A stretch of 64,000 nucleotides of DNA from Haliotis rufescens (lineage: Eukaryota), in NCBI RefSeq assembly GCF_023055435.1, contig NW_025963890.1, forward strand, positions 2,170,001 to 2,234,000, written 5' to 3'. The notes below the pieces were generated by a model. The model worked only from the letters and a program-made list of their open reading frames with translations, was not told where the DNA came from and searched no databases. The position numbers were made by a program, and so were the translations under genes. Below, piece after piece: positions 25,559 through 38,907 of the stretch (within the stretch, counting starts at the first letter, position 1; every line of letters begins with the position of its first letter).

Positions 25559-26404
25559 AGTGTTTAAGGCTGTCCAGGCGACAAAGATATATTCCCATAT
25601 TGGTTCCTGATCACCCAGAGCTCAAGGCTTTACAAGTAACCAGACCTATTTCCACAATAGTTCCTTAATTATCACCCAGTGCTCAAGACTGTCAATGTTG
25701 TCATAGCAACCAAATATCTTCCTCACACATATTTTTCAAAGTTTGCTATTACTCAGGGCTGGCAAGACGGACTAGGTGACCTTTCTGCACCAAGATCACC
25801 GTGACATTCAATCTGTAAACCATAATCAAACTGGCTTTCAAGTTTCTCCCTAATTTCATACCCAATTAATTTCTTTATTAACAATTTACACACCATTTGA
25901 AGAAATTAATTCTGCATCTATCATCAACCCCTAGTCAATGGCTCTCAGTTCATACTTGTCAATTTACTTCTCTGTTAAACAACCATTCACCACATACACA
26001 TCCTAAAACTGGCACCCATTTACTGATATTTTTCTTGTCTCTCTCTCTCTCCCTTTATTAATTGTCTTCATCTTCAACATACTAGAGTATCTTGCCATCA
26101 CATCAAGACCACCCTATCACCATGCAGTTAGTAGGCAATATCAAGCCAATGCTCCAGAGATTTATTTCCCATAAAACCACCAGTAAATTGCCTCCCCTTC
26201 AATCAGCCCGGCCTCTCCGAAGCATAATGTTTTACAGTTACTATTGAGTTAAATTATCTGGAAACTTGATTAGTTTCATGTTCAGTTTCACTTACAATGA
26301 TGCAAGGTTTCTTATGGAAATATTGGAGTAGATCTGGACATTTTGTCATGGCCTGCATAGTAAACACAATACAGTGAACATCCGATTCCTTCTCCTGCAT
26401 ATAC

Positions 26405-29400
26405 TCCTGACACTGATATGACATGCCACTGGACTGTAACACTGATATGTAGGGACATTGGGCTGTAACACTGACATGTAGGGACATTGGGCTGTAACAC
26501 ACTGATATGTAGGGACACTGGGCTGTAACACTGACATGTAGGGACACTGGGCTGTAACACTGACATGTAGGGACACTGGGCTGTAACACTGACATGTAGG
26601 GACACTGGGCTGTAACACTGACATGTAGGGACACTGGGCTGTAACACTGACATGTAGGGACACTGGGCTGTAACACTGATATGTAGGGCCACTGGGCTGT
26701 AACACTGACATGTAGGGACACTGGGCTGTAACACTGACATGTAGGGCCCCTTGGCTGTAACACTGATATGTAGGGACACTGGGCTGTAACACTGACATGT
26801 AGGGACACTGGACTGTAACACTGACATGTTGGGACACTGGACTGTAACACTGACATGTAGGGACACTGGGCTGTAACACTGACATGTAGGGACATTGGGC
26901 TGTAACACTGATATGTAGGGCCACTGGACTGTAACACTGACATGTAGGGACACTGGGCTGTAACACTGATATGACATGCCACTGGGCTGTAACACTGATA
27001 TGTAGGGCCACTGGGCTGTAACACTGACATGTAGGGACATTGGGCTGTAACACACTGGTATGTAGGGACATTGGGCTGTAACACACTGGTATGTAGGGAC
27101 ATTGGGCTGTAACACTGACATGTAGGGACATTGGGCTGTAACACACTGACATGTAGGGACATTGGGCTGTAACACACTGGCATGTAGGGACATTGGGCTG
27201 TAACACACTGACATGTAGGGACATTGGGCTGTAACACACTGACATGTAGGGACATTGGGCTGTAACACACTGACATGTAGGGACATTGGGCTGTAACACA
27301 CTGGTATGTAAGGACATTGGGCTGTAACACACTGGTATGTAAGGACATTGGGCTGTAACACACTGACATGTAGGGACATTGGGCTGTAACACACTGACAT
27401 GTAGGGACATTGGGCTGTAACACACTGGTATGTAGGGACATTGGGCTGTAACACACTGGTATGTAGGGACATTGGGCTGTAACACACTGACATGTAGGGA
27501 CATTGGGCTGTAACACACTGGTATGTAGGGACATTGGGCTGTAACACACTGGTATGTAGGGATATTGGGCTGTAACACACTGACATGTAGGGACATTGGG
27601 CTGTAACACAGTGACATGTAGGGACATTGGGCTGTAACACACTGGTATGTAGGGACATTGGGCTGTAACACACTGACATGTAGGGACATTGGGCTGTAAC
27701 ACACTGACATGTAGGGACATTGGGCTGTAACACAATGACACGTAGGGACACTGGGCTGTAACACACTGACATGTAGGGACACTGGGCTGTAACACACTGA
27801 CATGTAGGGACACTGGGCTGTAACACTGACATGTAGGGACATTGGGTTGTAACACCGACATGTAGGGACACTGGGCTGTAACACATTGGTATGTAGGGAC
27901 ATTGGGCTGTAACACACTGACATGTAGGGACACTGGGCTGTAACACACTGACATGTAGGGACATTGGGCTGTAACACACTGACATGTAGGGACATTGGGT
28001 TGTAACACCGACATGTAGGGACACTGGGCTGTAACACATTGGTATGTAGGGACACTGGGCTGTAACACACTGACATGTAGGGACACTGGGCTGTAACACT
28101 GACATGTAGGGACACTGGGCTGTAACACTGATATGACATGCCACTGGGCTGTAACACTGATATGTAGGGCCACTGGGCTGTAACACTGACATGTAGGGAC
28201 ACTGGGCTGTAACACACTGGTATGTAGGGACATTGGGCTGTAACACTGACATGTAGGGACATTGGGCTGTAACACACTGGTATGTAGGGACATTGGGCTG
28301 TAACACACTGGTATGTAGGGACATTGGGCTGTAACACACTGACATGTAGGTACATTGGGCTGTAACACACTGACATGTAGGGACATTGGGCTGTAACACA
28401 CTGACATGTAGGGACATTGGGTTGTAACACACTGGTATGTAAGGACATTGGGCTGTAACACACTGACATGTAGGGACATTGGGCTGTAACACACTGGTAT
28501 GTAGGGACATTGGGCTGTAACACACTGACATGTAGGGACATTGGGCTGTAACACACTGACATGTAGGGACATTGGGCTGTAACACACTGGTATGTAAGGA
28601 CATTGGGCTGTAACACACTGACATGTAGGGACATTGGGCTGTAACACAGTGACATGTAGGGACATTGGGCTGTAACACACTGACATGTAGGGACATTGGG
28701 CTGTAACACACTGACATGTAGGGACATTGGGCTGTAACACACTGACATGTAGGGACATTGGGTTGTAACACACTGGTATGTAAGGACATTGGGCTGTAAC
28801 ACACTGACATGTAGGGACATTGGGCTGTAACACACTGGTATGTAGGGACATTGGGCTGTAACACACTGGCATGTAGGGACATTGGGCTGTAACACACTGA
28901 CATGTAGGGACATTGGGCTGTAACACACTGGTATGTAAGGACATTGGGCTGTAACACACTGACATGTAGGGACATTGGGCTGTAACACAGTGACATGTAG
29001 GGACATTGGGCTGTAACACACTGGTATGTAGGGACATTGGGCTGTAACACTGACATGTAGGGACATTGGGCTGTAACACAGTGACATGTAGGGACATTGG
29101 GCTGTAACACACTGGTATGTAGGGACATTGGGCTGTAACACTGACATGTAGGGACATTGGGCTGTAACACACTGGTATGTAGGGACACTGGGCTGTAACA
29201 CTGACATGTAGGGACATTGGGCTGTAACACACTGGTATGTAGGGACATTGGGCTGTAACACACTGACATGTAGGGACATTGGGCTGTAACACAGTGACAT
29301 GTAGGGACATTGGGCTGTAACACACTGGTATGTAGGGACATTGGGCTGTAACACACTGACATGTAGGGACATTGGGCTGTAACACACTGACATGTAGGGA

Positions 29401-32135
29401 CATTGGGCTGTAACACACTGACACGTAGGGAAACTGGGCTGTAACACACTGACATGTAGGGACACTGGGCTGTAACACACTGACATGTAGGGACACTGGG
29501 CTGTAACACTGACATGTAGGGACATTGGGTTGTAACACCGACATGTAGGGACACTGGGCTGTAACACATTGGTATGTAGGGACATTGGGCTGTAACACAC
29601 TGACATGTAGGGACACTGGGCTGTAACACACTGGTATGTAGGGACATTGGGCTGTAACACACTGACATGTAGGGACACTGGGCTGTAACACACTGACATG
29701 TAGGGACATTGGGCTGTAACACACTGACATGTAGGGACATTGGGCTGTAACACACTGGTATGTAGGGACACTGGGCTGTAACACACTGACATGTAGGGAC
29801 ATTGGGCTGTAACACACTGACATGTAGGGACATTGGGCTGTAACACACTGACATGTAGGGACATTGGGCTGTAACACACTGACATGTAGGGACATTGGGC
29901 TGTAACACACTGACATGTAGGGACATTGGGCTGTAACACACTGACATGTAGGGACATTGGGTTGTAACACCGACATGTAGGGACACTGGGCTGTAACACA
30001 TTGGTATGTAGGGACATTGGGCTGTAACACACTGACATGTAGGGACACTGGGCTGTAACACACTGGTATGTAGGGACATTGGGCTGTAACACACTGACAT
30101 GTAGGGACATTGGGCTGTAACACTGACATGTAGGGACATTGGGCTGTAACACACTGACATGTAGGGACATTGGGTTGTAACACCGACATGTAGGGACACT
30201 GGGCTGTAACACATTGGTATGTAGGGACATTGGGCTGTAACACACTGACATGTAGGGACATTGGGCTGTAACACACTGACATGTAGGGACATTGGGCTGT
30301 AACACACTGACATGTAGGGACATTGGGTTGTAACACCGACATGTAGGGACACTGGGCTGTAACACATTGGTATGTAGGGACATTGGGCTGTAACACACTG
30401 ACATGTAGGGACACTGGGCTGTAACACACTGGTATGTAGGGACATTGGGCTGTAACACACTGACATGTAGGGACATTGGGCTGTAACACACTGACATGTA
30501 GGGACATTGGGTTGTAACACACTGGCATGTAGGGACATTGGGCTGTAACACTGACATGTAGGGACATTGGGCTGTAACACACCGACATGTAGGGACATTG
30601 GGCTGTAACACACTGACACGTAGGGACATTGGGCTGTAACACACTGACATGTAGGGACATTGGGCTGTAACACACTGACATGTAGGGACATTGGGCTGTA
30701 ACACACCGACATGTAGGGACATTGGGCTGTAACACACTGACATGTAGGGACATTGGGCTGTAACACACCGACATGTAGGGACATTGGGCTGTAACACACT
30801 GACATGTAGGGACATTGGGCTGTAACACACTGACATGTAGGGACACTGGGCTGTAACACACTGACATGTAGGGACATTGGGCTGTAACACACCGACATGA
30901 AGGGACATTGGGCTGTAACACACTGACATGTAGGGACATTGGGCTGTAACACACCGACATGTAGGGACATTGGGCTGTAACACACTGACATGTAGGGAAA
31001 CTGGGCTGTAACACTGACATGTAGGGACATTGGGTTGTAACACACTGGCATGTAGGGACATTGGGCTGTAACACTGACATGTAGGGACACTGGGCTGTAA
31101 CACTGACATGTAGGGACATTGGGTTGTAACACACTGGTATGTAGGGACATTGGGCTGTAACACACTGACATGTAGGGACATTGGGCTGTAACACTGACAT
31201 GTAGGGAAACTGGGCTGTAACACTGACATGTAGGGACATTGGGCTGTAACACTGACATGTAGGGACATTGGGCTGTAACACTGGTATGTAGGGACACTGG
31301 GCTGTAACACTGATATGTAGGGACACTGGGCTGTAACACACTGGTATGTAGGGACATTGGGCTGTAACACTGACATGTAGGGACACTGGGCTGTAACACT
31401 GATATGTAGGGACACTGGGCTGTAACACACTGGTATGTAGGGACATTGGGCTGTAACACACTGACATGTAGGGACATTGGGCTGTAACACTGATATGTAG
31501 GGACACTGGGCTGTAACACACTGGTATGTAGGGACACTGGGCTGTAACACACTGACATGTAGGGACATTGGGCTGTAACACACTGACATGTAGGGACATT
31601 GGGCTGTAACACACTGACATGTAGGGACATTGGGTTGTAACACACTGGCATGTAGGGACATTGGGCTGTAACACACTGACATGTAGGGACATTGGGCTGT
31701 AACACACTGACATGTAGGGACATTGGGCTGTAACACACTGACATGTAGGGACACTGGGCTGTAACACTGACATGTAGGGACATTGGGTTGTAACACACTG
31801 ACATGTAGGGACATTGGGCTGTAACACACTGACATGTTGGGACATTGGGCTGTAACACACTGACATGTAGGGACACTGGGCTGTAACACTGACATTTAGG
31901 GACATTGGGTATAACACACTGACATGTAGGGATAATTGGCTGTAACACTGACATGTAGGGACATTGGGCTGTAACACACTGACATGTAGGGATAATTGGC
32001 TGTAACACTGACATGTAGGGACACTGGGCTGTAACACACCGACATGTAGGGACATTGGGCTGTAACACACTGACATGTAGGGATACTTGGCTGTAACACT
32101 TACATGTAGGGTCATTGGGCTATAACACCGACACT
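26405..32135. repeat. Minisatellite, 29/31-bp units GGGCTGTAAC(AC)ACTGACATGTAGGGACATT (~190 copies, 5.7 kb)
   Basis: Direct reading. The minus strand is stop-free in all three frames, which produces the 1849-1989 aa pseudo-ORFs. Confidence 0.98.
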
Positions 32136-32394
32136 GCCTGAGTGCCTTCAGGCAGGGTAACAAACTATTACCTTTTAACACCTTTGAACGCTCTCTGGGC
32201 AGCTCTTGACATATGTCCTTCACTAAGACCCACGATTCCTTTCAGCTCTTGTGTTATTATCTAATAGTTGCCTCTATGCCTATTCCAAATGAGTTTTGTA
32301 ATACCTTAGTGCAAATACACAAACTACTCTTGAAAATATTTGGAAAAAGTTCAAATCATTTCCTTATTATATTTTGTGCTTTCTATTTGGAGTC

Positions 32395-32712
32395 TTAATC
32401 AAATCACAAACCCACTCACATGACCATGTTAGAAAACAATACCAATTGTTTTTGAACAGTTTAAAGTCTTTACAGAGTCAATACCAGATCACATTTGAAT
32501 AATACATGAGAGGCGTCATGTTGCATACAGTAAAGAAGCAGTATCATCCAGTGTGTGTGGAATACCAACACTGAGAGTCAGGCTTCAAGGACAAGGTAGT
32601 GATGGAGCATCATATGAACATCTCTTCATGACAGAACAGGTGCCCCACTCCTGCAACACCTGCGCCTTGTAAAAATCAGTTGTGGGGCGCTAGCATCTAC
32701 GTTCATGACATT
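32395..32712 (+). pseudogene. Decayed C2H2 zinc-finger array fragment
   Basis: Pieced across frameshifts: HKPTH..KVFT..NTRSHL.IHERRH..GFKDKVVMEHHMN..HSCNTCA..HLRS, which fits C2H2 F-x5-L-x2-H-x3-H spacing. Confidence 0.45.
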
Positions 32713-33148
32713 AATTAGTTGTAATGCCAACATTTTTTTTCATTAAGAGTTATATTATAACACATGACACTTGAATGGTGATTACTTTAAAAACATTCAC
32801 TGAAGTCAGTTAGTTCTAATTAGATCAACTAAGAGCCTTTATATATTTCCTCCTTAACCAACAAAAACTATTCACTTCTTGATATGATGATCTCATCAAT
32901 AATATGGCCGTCAAATACTTCTACAAATAACACTTTTTCAAAGTCTTATGTGTGTTTGGTATAATTACAAACGGTTCGAGTCACTGTTTCAACAGTGAAA
33001 CAAACAAGCAGGTTATAACAGCATCAAAATACAGTAGCCATAAAATAGTCTGTACATTAAAATATGTGTTTCCTATATCTCTATATAGATGTTGCAAAAC
33101 ACCTGTACTGAACCAGAGAGCAAATGAAAGAAACATTTGATTACTAAC

Positions 33149-33290
33149 TCAAATTGATATATTCTCCAAGAATGGGTTTACAATTAACTTATTAGGTAAC
33201 TCTTATTACAGAATCATCAAATTAATATATTCTCCAAGAATGGGTTTACAATTAAGTTATTATGTAACCCTTATTACAGAATCCTCAAGC
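33149..33290. repeat. 68-bp tandem duplication
   Basis: TCAAATTRATATATTCTCCAAGAATGGGTTTACAATTAA...TTATTACAGAATC occurs twice. Confidence 0.9.
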
Positions 33291-33467
33291 AATCTGTTTA
33301 TCACGCCCTACCTGATATGCTGAGATATACAATACCAGGCTTCATCAGGCAATAACATCCACATATTGCCTCCCTCATTTCACCATCATGGCCATGGTAA
33401 CAGCAACACTACCGTAATAACTCTGGAACAGGAACTGTGTAAGAGTGCTTATGGGTATTTATAAGTT

Positions 33468-34267
33468 TGATGTATTCTGTCATGAATTTGGAAATTACTC
33501 GATTCTGATAGGTCAATCACCGGTTGTCAAATCACAATAAACCTCCTTAAATTCAAACAGACGATTCTCCAGCCGGAAGCTAATATTAATAGAATACTTT
33601 TTTTCAGTCATTGTAGTTACGGTTACTACAATATGCAAAGGATGTGTGGCAATACATTTCTGGCAGAAAACACGATAGAAATCTACAAAGAGAATGTATT
33701 TAAAGCTTTGGAACTTGGAATTTGGTGCTTTTCTATATTACGACTTTCATGTTATATTTTTTGCATCACAATGAGCAATATGACATCATAATGGTCTAGA
33801 ACAAAAGCCTTGCAAAGCTTGCTTAGTTTTCTTTAGCGGTGCCCACCTCATGTTAGCTTACCAAGTTGCCGTGCTTATATGCTTTCAATGCCTGTCACAT
33901 GTTGGTGTGAAGTATTACGGTGTAAACAAACTGCTTGAGCATATACAACGCCATATTTTGTTTAAAGGTTGCAGTCGACAATTCCGTAATTCAGATCAAC
34001 ACCCACTCAAAACACTGCACTCAACCCATGCCACTTCACTCAATATATTTGCTAACACCAAAGAGTTTGTGTTTTGCTTAGTCATGGTAGAATGGAGATA
34101 AACATACTGTTTTCAATGTAGAGCAAGAATATATGCAGATTTAACTGTGCTAAATTTAACATTTGAAAGCTCACACTGCGCGTTCGGTTTCAAATTCAGT
34201 TTAGCATGGGTAAATCTACAGGAAACCAACCTAGGTCTACATTAAAAACACAGTATTTTTATCTCCT
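33468..34267. mobile_element. Long-hairpin non-autonomous element (Crypton-like), copy 1
   Basis: GATTCTGATAGGTC near the left end and an imperfect long inverted repeat at 34094-34266; homologous to 36729-37065. Confidence 0.6.
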
Positions 34268-34279
34268 AATTATCATCAA

Positions 34280-34411
34280 TAACAACTTCTTCATCATACA
34301 GACACAACATTTCTGTGCTACTTCCTGCCTCTTCTTCTGGTGAAGTGATTGATGAAGGGACAAGAAGCATCCCTGAAATGTTGTGTATGTCTAAGAAAGA
34401 AGTTGATATCC
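34280..34411. mobile_element. Penelope-like inverted terminal-repeat palindrome with decayed minimal hammerhead cores
   Basis: Arms CAACTTCTT..ACACAACATTTC / GAAATGTTGTGT..AAGAAGTTG. TTGATGA-AGGGA..TCCCT-GAAAT resembles the hammerhead core CTGATGA-stemII-GAAA. Confidence 0.6.
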
Positions 34412-36728
34412 TTAATAATACTCATTAGAAACATATATAGAAAAACTGTTTTTGATTTGGCCAAAAAATGCTGATATACTAAATATAGTCTTCAGTTATA
34501 ATAATTTACCAAAATTGTTTTATTTAAGTACCTCATTAGCTGTGAAAAGTTCTTTAAATTACACTTCTAAAGAATGTAAAATATACATATTTCATACTGA
34601 TATCACGGCAACATTGAAAACATGAGGAAATGTAGAAAATATAAATATATAGCATGTCTTCAGTGTTACAAGTCAGACTAGTTTATTCATAAATTTAATA
34701 CATACATGGTGTGTTTTTTTAAATAGTGATGACATTTATATAATAACATCATGACCACATTTAGTACATACATAACATTTAAAATTTTATGGGGGAAGGT
34801 ATTTCTTTTCAATGAGTTCACTTTTTTAAACTTAAAAAACAAATTGAGAATGCTGAATAAATGAATGGATTCATATATTCAGACTCGGAGTTCGTATTAT
34901 TTGAATAACTACGGTATCAAAATATTGTGCAGGTGATAATGGAACATTAGCACACCCTTCAGACTCTCACCTGGTGTTGATCAACGCTTTTCACAAATAG
35001 GTATTACAAAACTATAACTAACTTAATGCTTCATAAATTATCATTAGATACACATTTTATCATACAGTGTTGATAGGTAGTCGTTAATAATGATAATGAC
35101 GGCGATATACAACCTGTTATTGACCTGGCAACTCAAAGGGTGTTAATTACACGTTTGATGTGTTTCTGGATTGGATCTGTATGCACCTTGTCTTTGAGTG
35201 GTTTAAGGTAGCATATACAACTCTACTGTAGAATGTCTGTCAACTCATGTAATAAATCAGGAAGTATAAGTATACAGGTGAATATATCTAACCACATTTT
35301 TTATCAAATTAAACAATATAAGTAAATTGAAGCGATATAATTCTATTACTTTTTATTTTAATTACTTGAATCATATGAATGAAAACCTTCCTTCAAATAT
35401 GCAAACACCATATTCATATTTTCAGCAAGGAAACAACCACATTTCTTGAAAGAAATACTTAAGAAAGCCAATTGGAAAGTTGTTTGTCAAGTCAAGATTC
35501 CAAACTTCATTGTGAACTGACCTACATTGCTAAATGAACAGCTTATGCTTCTAAAGGAAGGCTTAATTCAACGTCCCTAACCTGTTGTTATTCCGTCAAC
35601 TTCATAACAAAAGACCTTGAATCACTGACAAGTCCTTGTGCGCGTAAATGCCTATATAGAGAACTGCATCCAAGAATACTGTCATCCTAACAACATCATA
35701 ACTAAAAGCTTTGCATCCATTACCAGCGCCGCAAAGAGAGGGCTTCAGATCCGTGTTTCTGTCTCCCTGGCTAAAGAGCTCTCTTTCAGGGCAGACAAGC
35801 AGAAAGGTCGGCCAAGTCAAGACTACCTAATGAACACGATTGGGGATCCCAGCTTTGATAATGTTTGCCAAACTCTTCTCTTGCTGGGAGAAATCTTTCT
35901 GAGTTATTGAACACAACTGATGTGGCTCTGCGAGACAGGCAGGGTGACATTATCACCAACGTCATTTCATCCATTTCGCTCAAACACAAAGTCAAACGTT
36001 GACTCAGCTTTCCATCATACTCGGGCAGGGCCATCATCTGATTGGCCGAGGATCAGGGCCAACATCTGATTGGCTGAGGATCATGACTTGTTTGAGCAGT
36101 TTTACCCCGAAGGCTGCCTTCAAGCATATCCTCCATCATTACATTTTTTTTCATATCTGTTACAGTTAATACTCTCCGAAATAAATCGGCAACAAAAGCC
36201 AAATGTTCCCCTCGTATGTTACAAAATTGATTTTCTGTATGAACACACACTTAATATTCCAGACATCTTCTGCCTTCAACAGACATCACTATTTCAAGTC
36301 TGCTGCGTCCACGGTATATTTACGTGGGGTCATATTTGTAGGCCATGTTGCGACAATAGCTCCAATCATGATACACGGGCCACAACAGACGTAGGTCCTG
36401 CAGGAGTCTTCACCGAACATGGCCTCTCTCATCAGGGTCTGTTCCTGTTAAATACATACCAACTTTGACATAATGGACCATTTACTTTCCTTGATTTTAC
36501 TTAGATAACCTCTAAGTCTACATCTAATCTGCTCTGGGAATATTTATTATCGTCTGAGGCTTGACAAGCTTCTCATAACTGCCATCTGTACTGAAATGAG
36601 ATGAGCTGGAGACATGTGCTGGTGTTGTGGCCAGAGTGAGACAGACATTCCGTGTATGGGTATAAGTCTGCGGGCTGTACACCTCCACTAGTTTAGGATG
36701 ACTATTAAGTGTTGTTCAGATTGTTTTT

Positions 36729-37065
36729 GCTTGAGCATATACAGTGCCATATTATTTCGTTTACAGGCTGTTGTTGGTGATTCCGTAATTCAGATCAACA
36801 CCCACTGAAGACACTGGACTAAACCCATGCCGCTTCACTCAATATATTTGCTAGCACCAAAGAGTTCTCGTTTTATTTAGTTATGGTAGAATGGAGATAA
36901 ACATGCTGTGTTTTCAATGTAGAGCTAGGTTACCTGTAGATTTAACCATGCTAAATTTAATCATTTGAAACCTTATGCTGCACGTCCTGTTCCAAATTCA
37001 ATTTAGTGTGGTTAAATATACAGGTAACCTAGCTCTACATTGAAAACACAGTATATTTACCTCCT
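36729..37065. mobile_element. Long-hairpin element (Crypton-like), copy 2 (partial)
   Basis: ~65-bp arms within 36893-37064 (CTGTGTTTTCAATGTAGAGCTAGGTTACCTGTA / TACAGGTAACCTAGCTCTACATTGAAAACACAG). Confidence 0.65.
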
Positions 37066-37184
37066 GTTCAGAGGGTGGCTTATCACAAATATGTCACTGA
37101 TATTATGATATTAGTTTAATTAAGAATTGACTTTAATATTTTTTTGGTTTAAAGGAGGTATACCTCCATGAATGTAAAAATATG

Positions 37185-38036
37185 ATGAAGTCAATCCAAC
37201 TGTCTCATTGATGAAGCTGATTACACAGGGAAAGGTGCTTACTCTATCCTAAACTACGTTCATCACCATCTTTGCCATGCTTTCAGATTCAATCAATCTG
37301 CACTGTGATAATTGTGGGTGACAAAATAAGAATAACTTTGCATTGATGTTCTTGATCTGTAGGATTCTGACAGGAAGGAATAATTCTATTTAACTTAAAT
37401 TCCTCGTTGTTGGTCATTTTGGACTTATTTTTTAGTTTATTCAAGAAAAAGTATGGAAGACATAGCAGACGTCTTTAAGAGGTCATCCAAGTATCAGAAG
37501 GTTCAGTGTGTCCATGATGACAGTGTCACAGTTGTGTCTACATTTGACTGGAAGGAGGCTTCCAAGGGATTGTACCGACCCATTCCAAGTTTGTTTCAGT
37601 TTGTTTGCTTGTTTGTTGCTTAACGCCACACTCAGCATTATTCCAGCTATGTGAGGGCAATTGGGGTACGATTACATGCATCAACCAAGTCAGTGAGCCT
37701 GACCACCCCACCCCGTTAGTTACCTCTTACGACAAGCATAGTCACCTTTTACAACAAGAATGGGTTGCTGAAGACCTATTCTATCCCGGATCTTCATGGG
37801 CCACCACCACATCAGGACGTCATCAGATGCACCAGGTGTGGTGTTTGTGCGTGCCCACCAGCAGTGATGCTGTGAGATTTACAATGGTTGCAGCAAGTAA
37901 CACTGATAACGCGAGGTAACTGATACCTGCCACTCTCCCACCACAGACACTCCCTTGAGCAGAGATGGTATCTTCATGATCACATCCGGCAACCCGTCAT
38001 GAACCATGTCAAGATCGAGTTTCTCCAAAGCCAGAT
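37185..38036 (+). pseudogene. Decayed Sola (Sola2-type) transposase, interrupted by a SINE
   Basis: LIDEADYTGKGAYSILNYVHHHL..LHCDNCG*QNKNNF..FLVVGH..FDWK..RPIP..PGVVFV..QRWYLHDHIR..CQDRVSPKP matches the Sola2 DE..GKG, DNC.GQNKN, FL..GH and WYL..IR motifs. Contains stops and frameshifts. Confidence 0.8.
37590..37801 (-). mobile_element. SINE family A copy inserted in the Sola remnant
   Basis: Tail TTAACGCCACACTCAGCA and head end GATCTTCATGGG. Confidence 0.85.
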
Positions 38037-38379
38037 AAACCAAAGTCCAAATTTAAACGGATTGAACATGAAGTGTGTCAGATTAACGAGTTTACTGCAT
38101 ACAAGCACTGGTTCAAGCATGTTCAGATACTTACCAGTCCCTCATGGACTACACAGGGAAAGGTGCTAACTCTACCCTAAACTCCCAGCTCCAAGGCTGT
38201 ACTGTCCTGTAAATGGATCAGTGAAAAAAATTATACATATTGTGTGGTCATGGAATGGAAGATGAATCTTTATTAGATACTTCAGTTTGAAAGACAGAAA
38301 AGTTACATTTTCATTGCAGTGAACATAACACTTGATATTTCACTGCAGTGAACATAACACTTTGACAGAAATATTGTCA

Positions 38380-38907
38380 TACAAGAGTTACCTCCCCGCA
38401 AATTGTCTCCTTTTATCATAACGTGTCTAACCGATACACAAACCATTTACTTCCTATTTATGTTCCACATTGACAAGGCAAAAAATGACAGATGGTCATT
38501 TATGGAGTTAATATCGCTTCTTGCTGTTATCCTCTTGAAAATGTTTCGTATAAAAATGAAAATTTCGCTTGTAACTTGTCAGTCAAGACTGTTCGTTTTG
38601 CAATTTTGCCATTTTTATTACTTGACCAGCATGTATTCTTTCACTTCCAACAGTGGTCTCACAGATTTCAAGAACATTTCTTGTTGATTTTGTATATAAT
38701 TATATTCAAATGTATGATCAAAGATTTTATTGACCTCAAATTTATTATGTTACTTTTGTATTTATTTTTTAAGATCTTGCAAAAACAGAGACTACACAAA
38801 AAGTATATAATAAATAGGATATTTCATGTGTTGAGTGAAATATCATGTTTCTCTCATCGAATGAAGGGGTGAAAGGAGTTATTTTCACTCAACACATGAA
38901 ATATCCT
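38380..38907. mobile_element. Hairpin-ended element (Crypton-like), third family
   Basis: AGGATATTTCATGTGTTGAGTGAAA..TTTCACTCAACACATGAAATATCCT (25-bp perfect arms, 38816-38907). Confidence 0.55.

Noticed and set aside
26254-32223. 1849-1989 aa Cys-rich ORFs on the minus strand
   Set aside because: All three frames are open with the same cycling peptide because the 29/31-bp units lack stops. Non-triplet units argue against coding.
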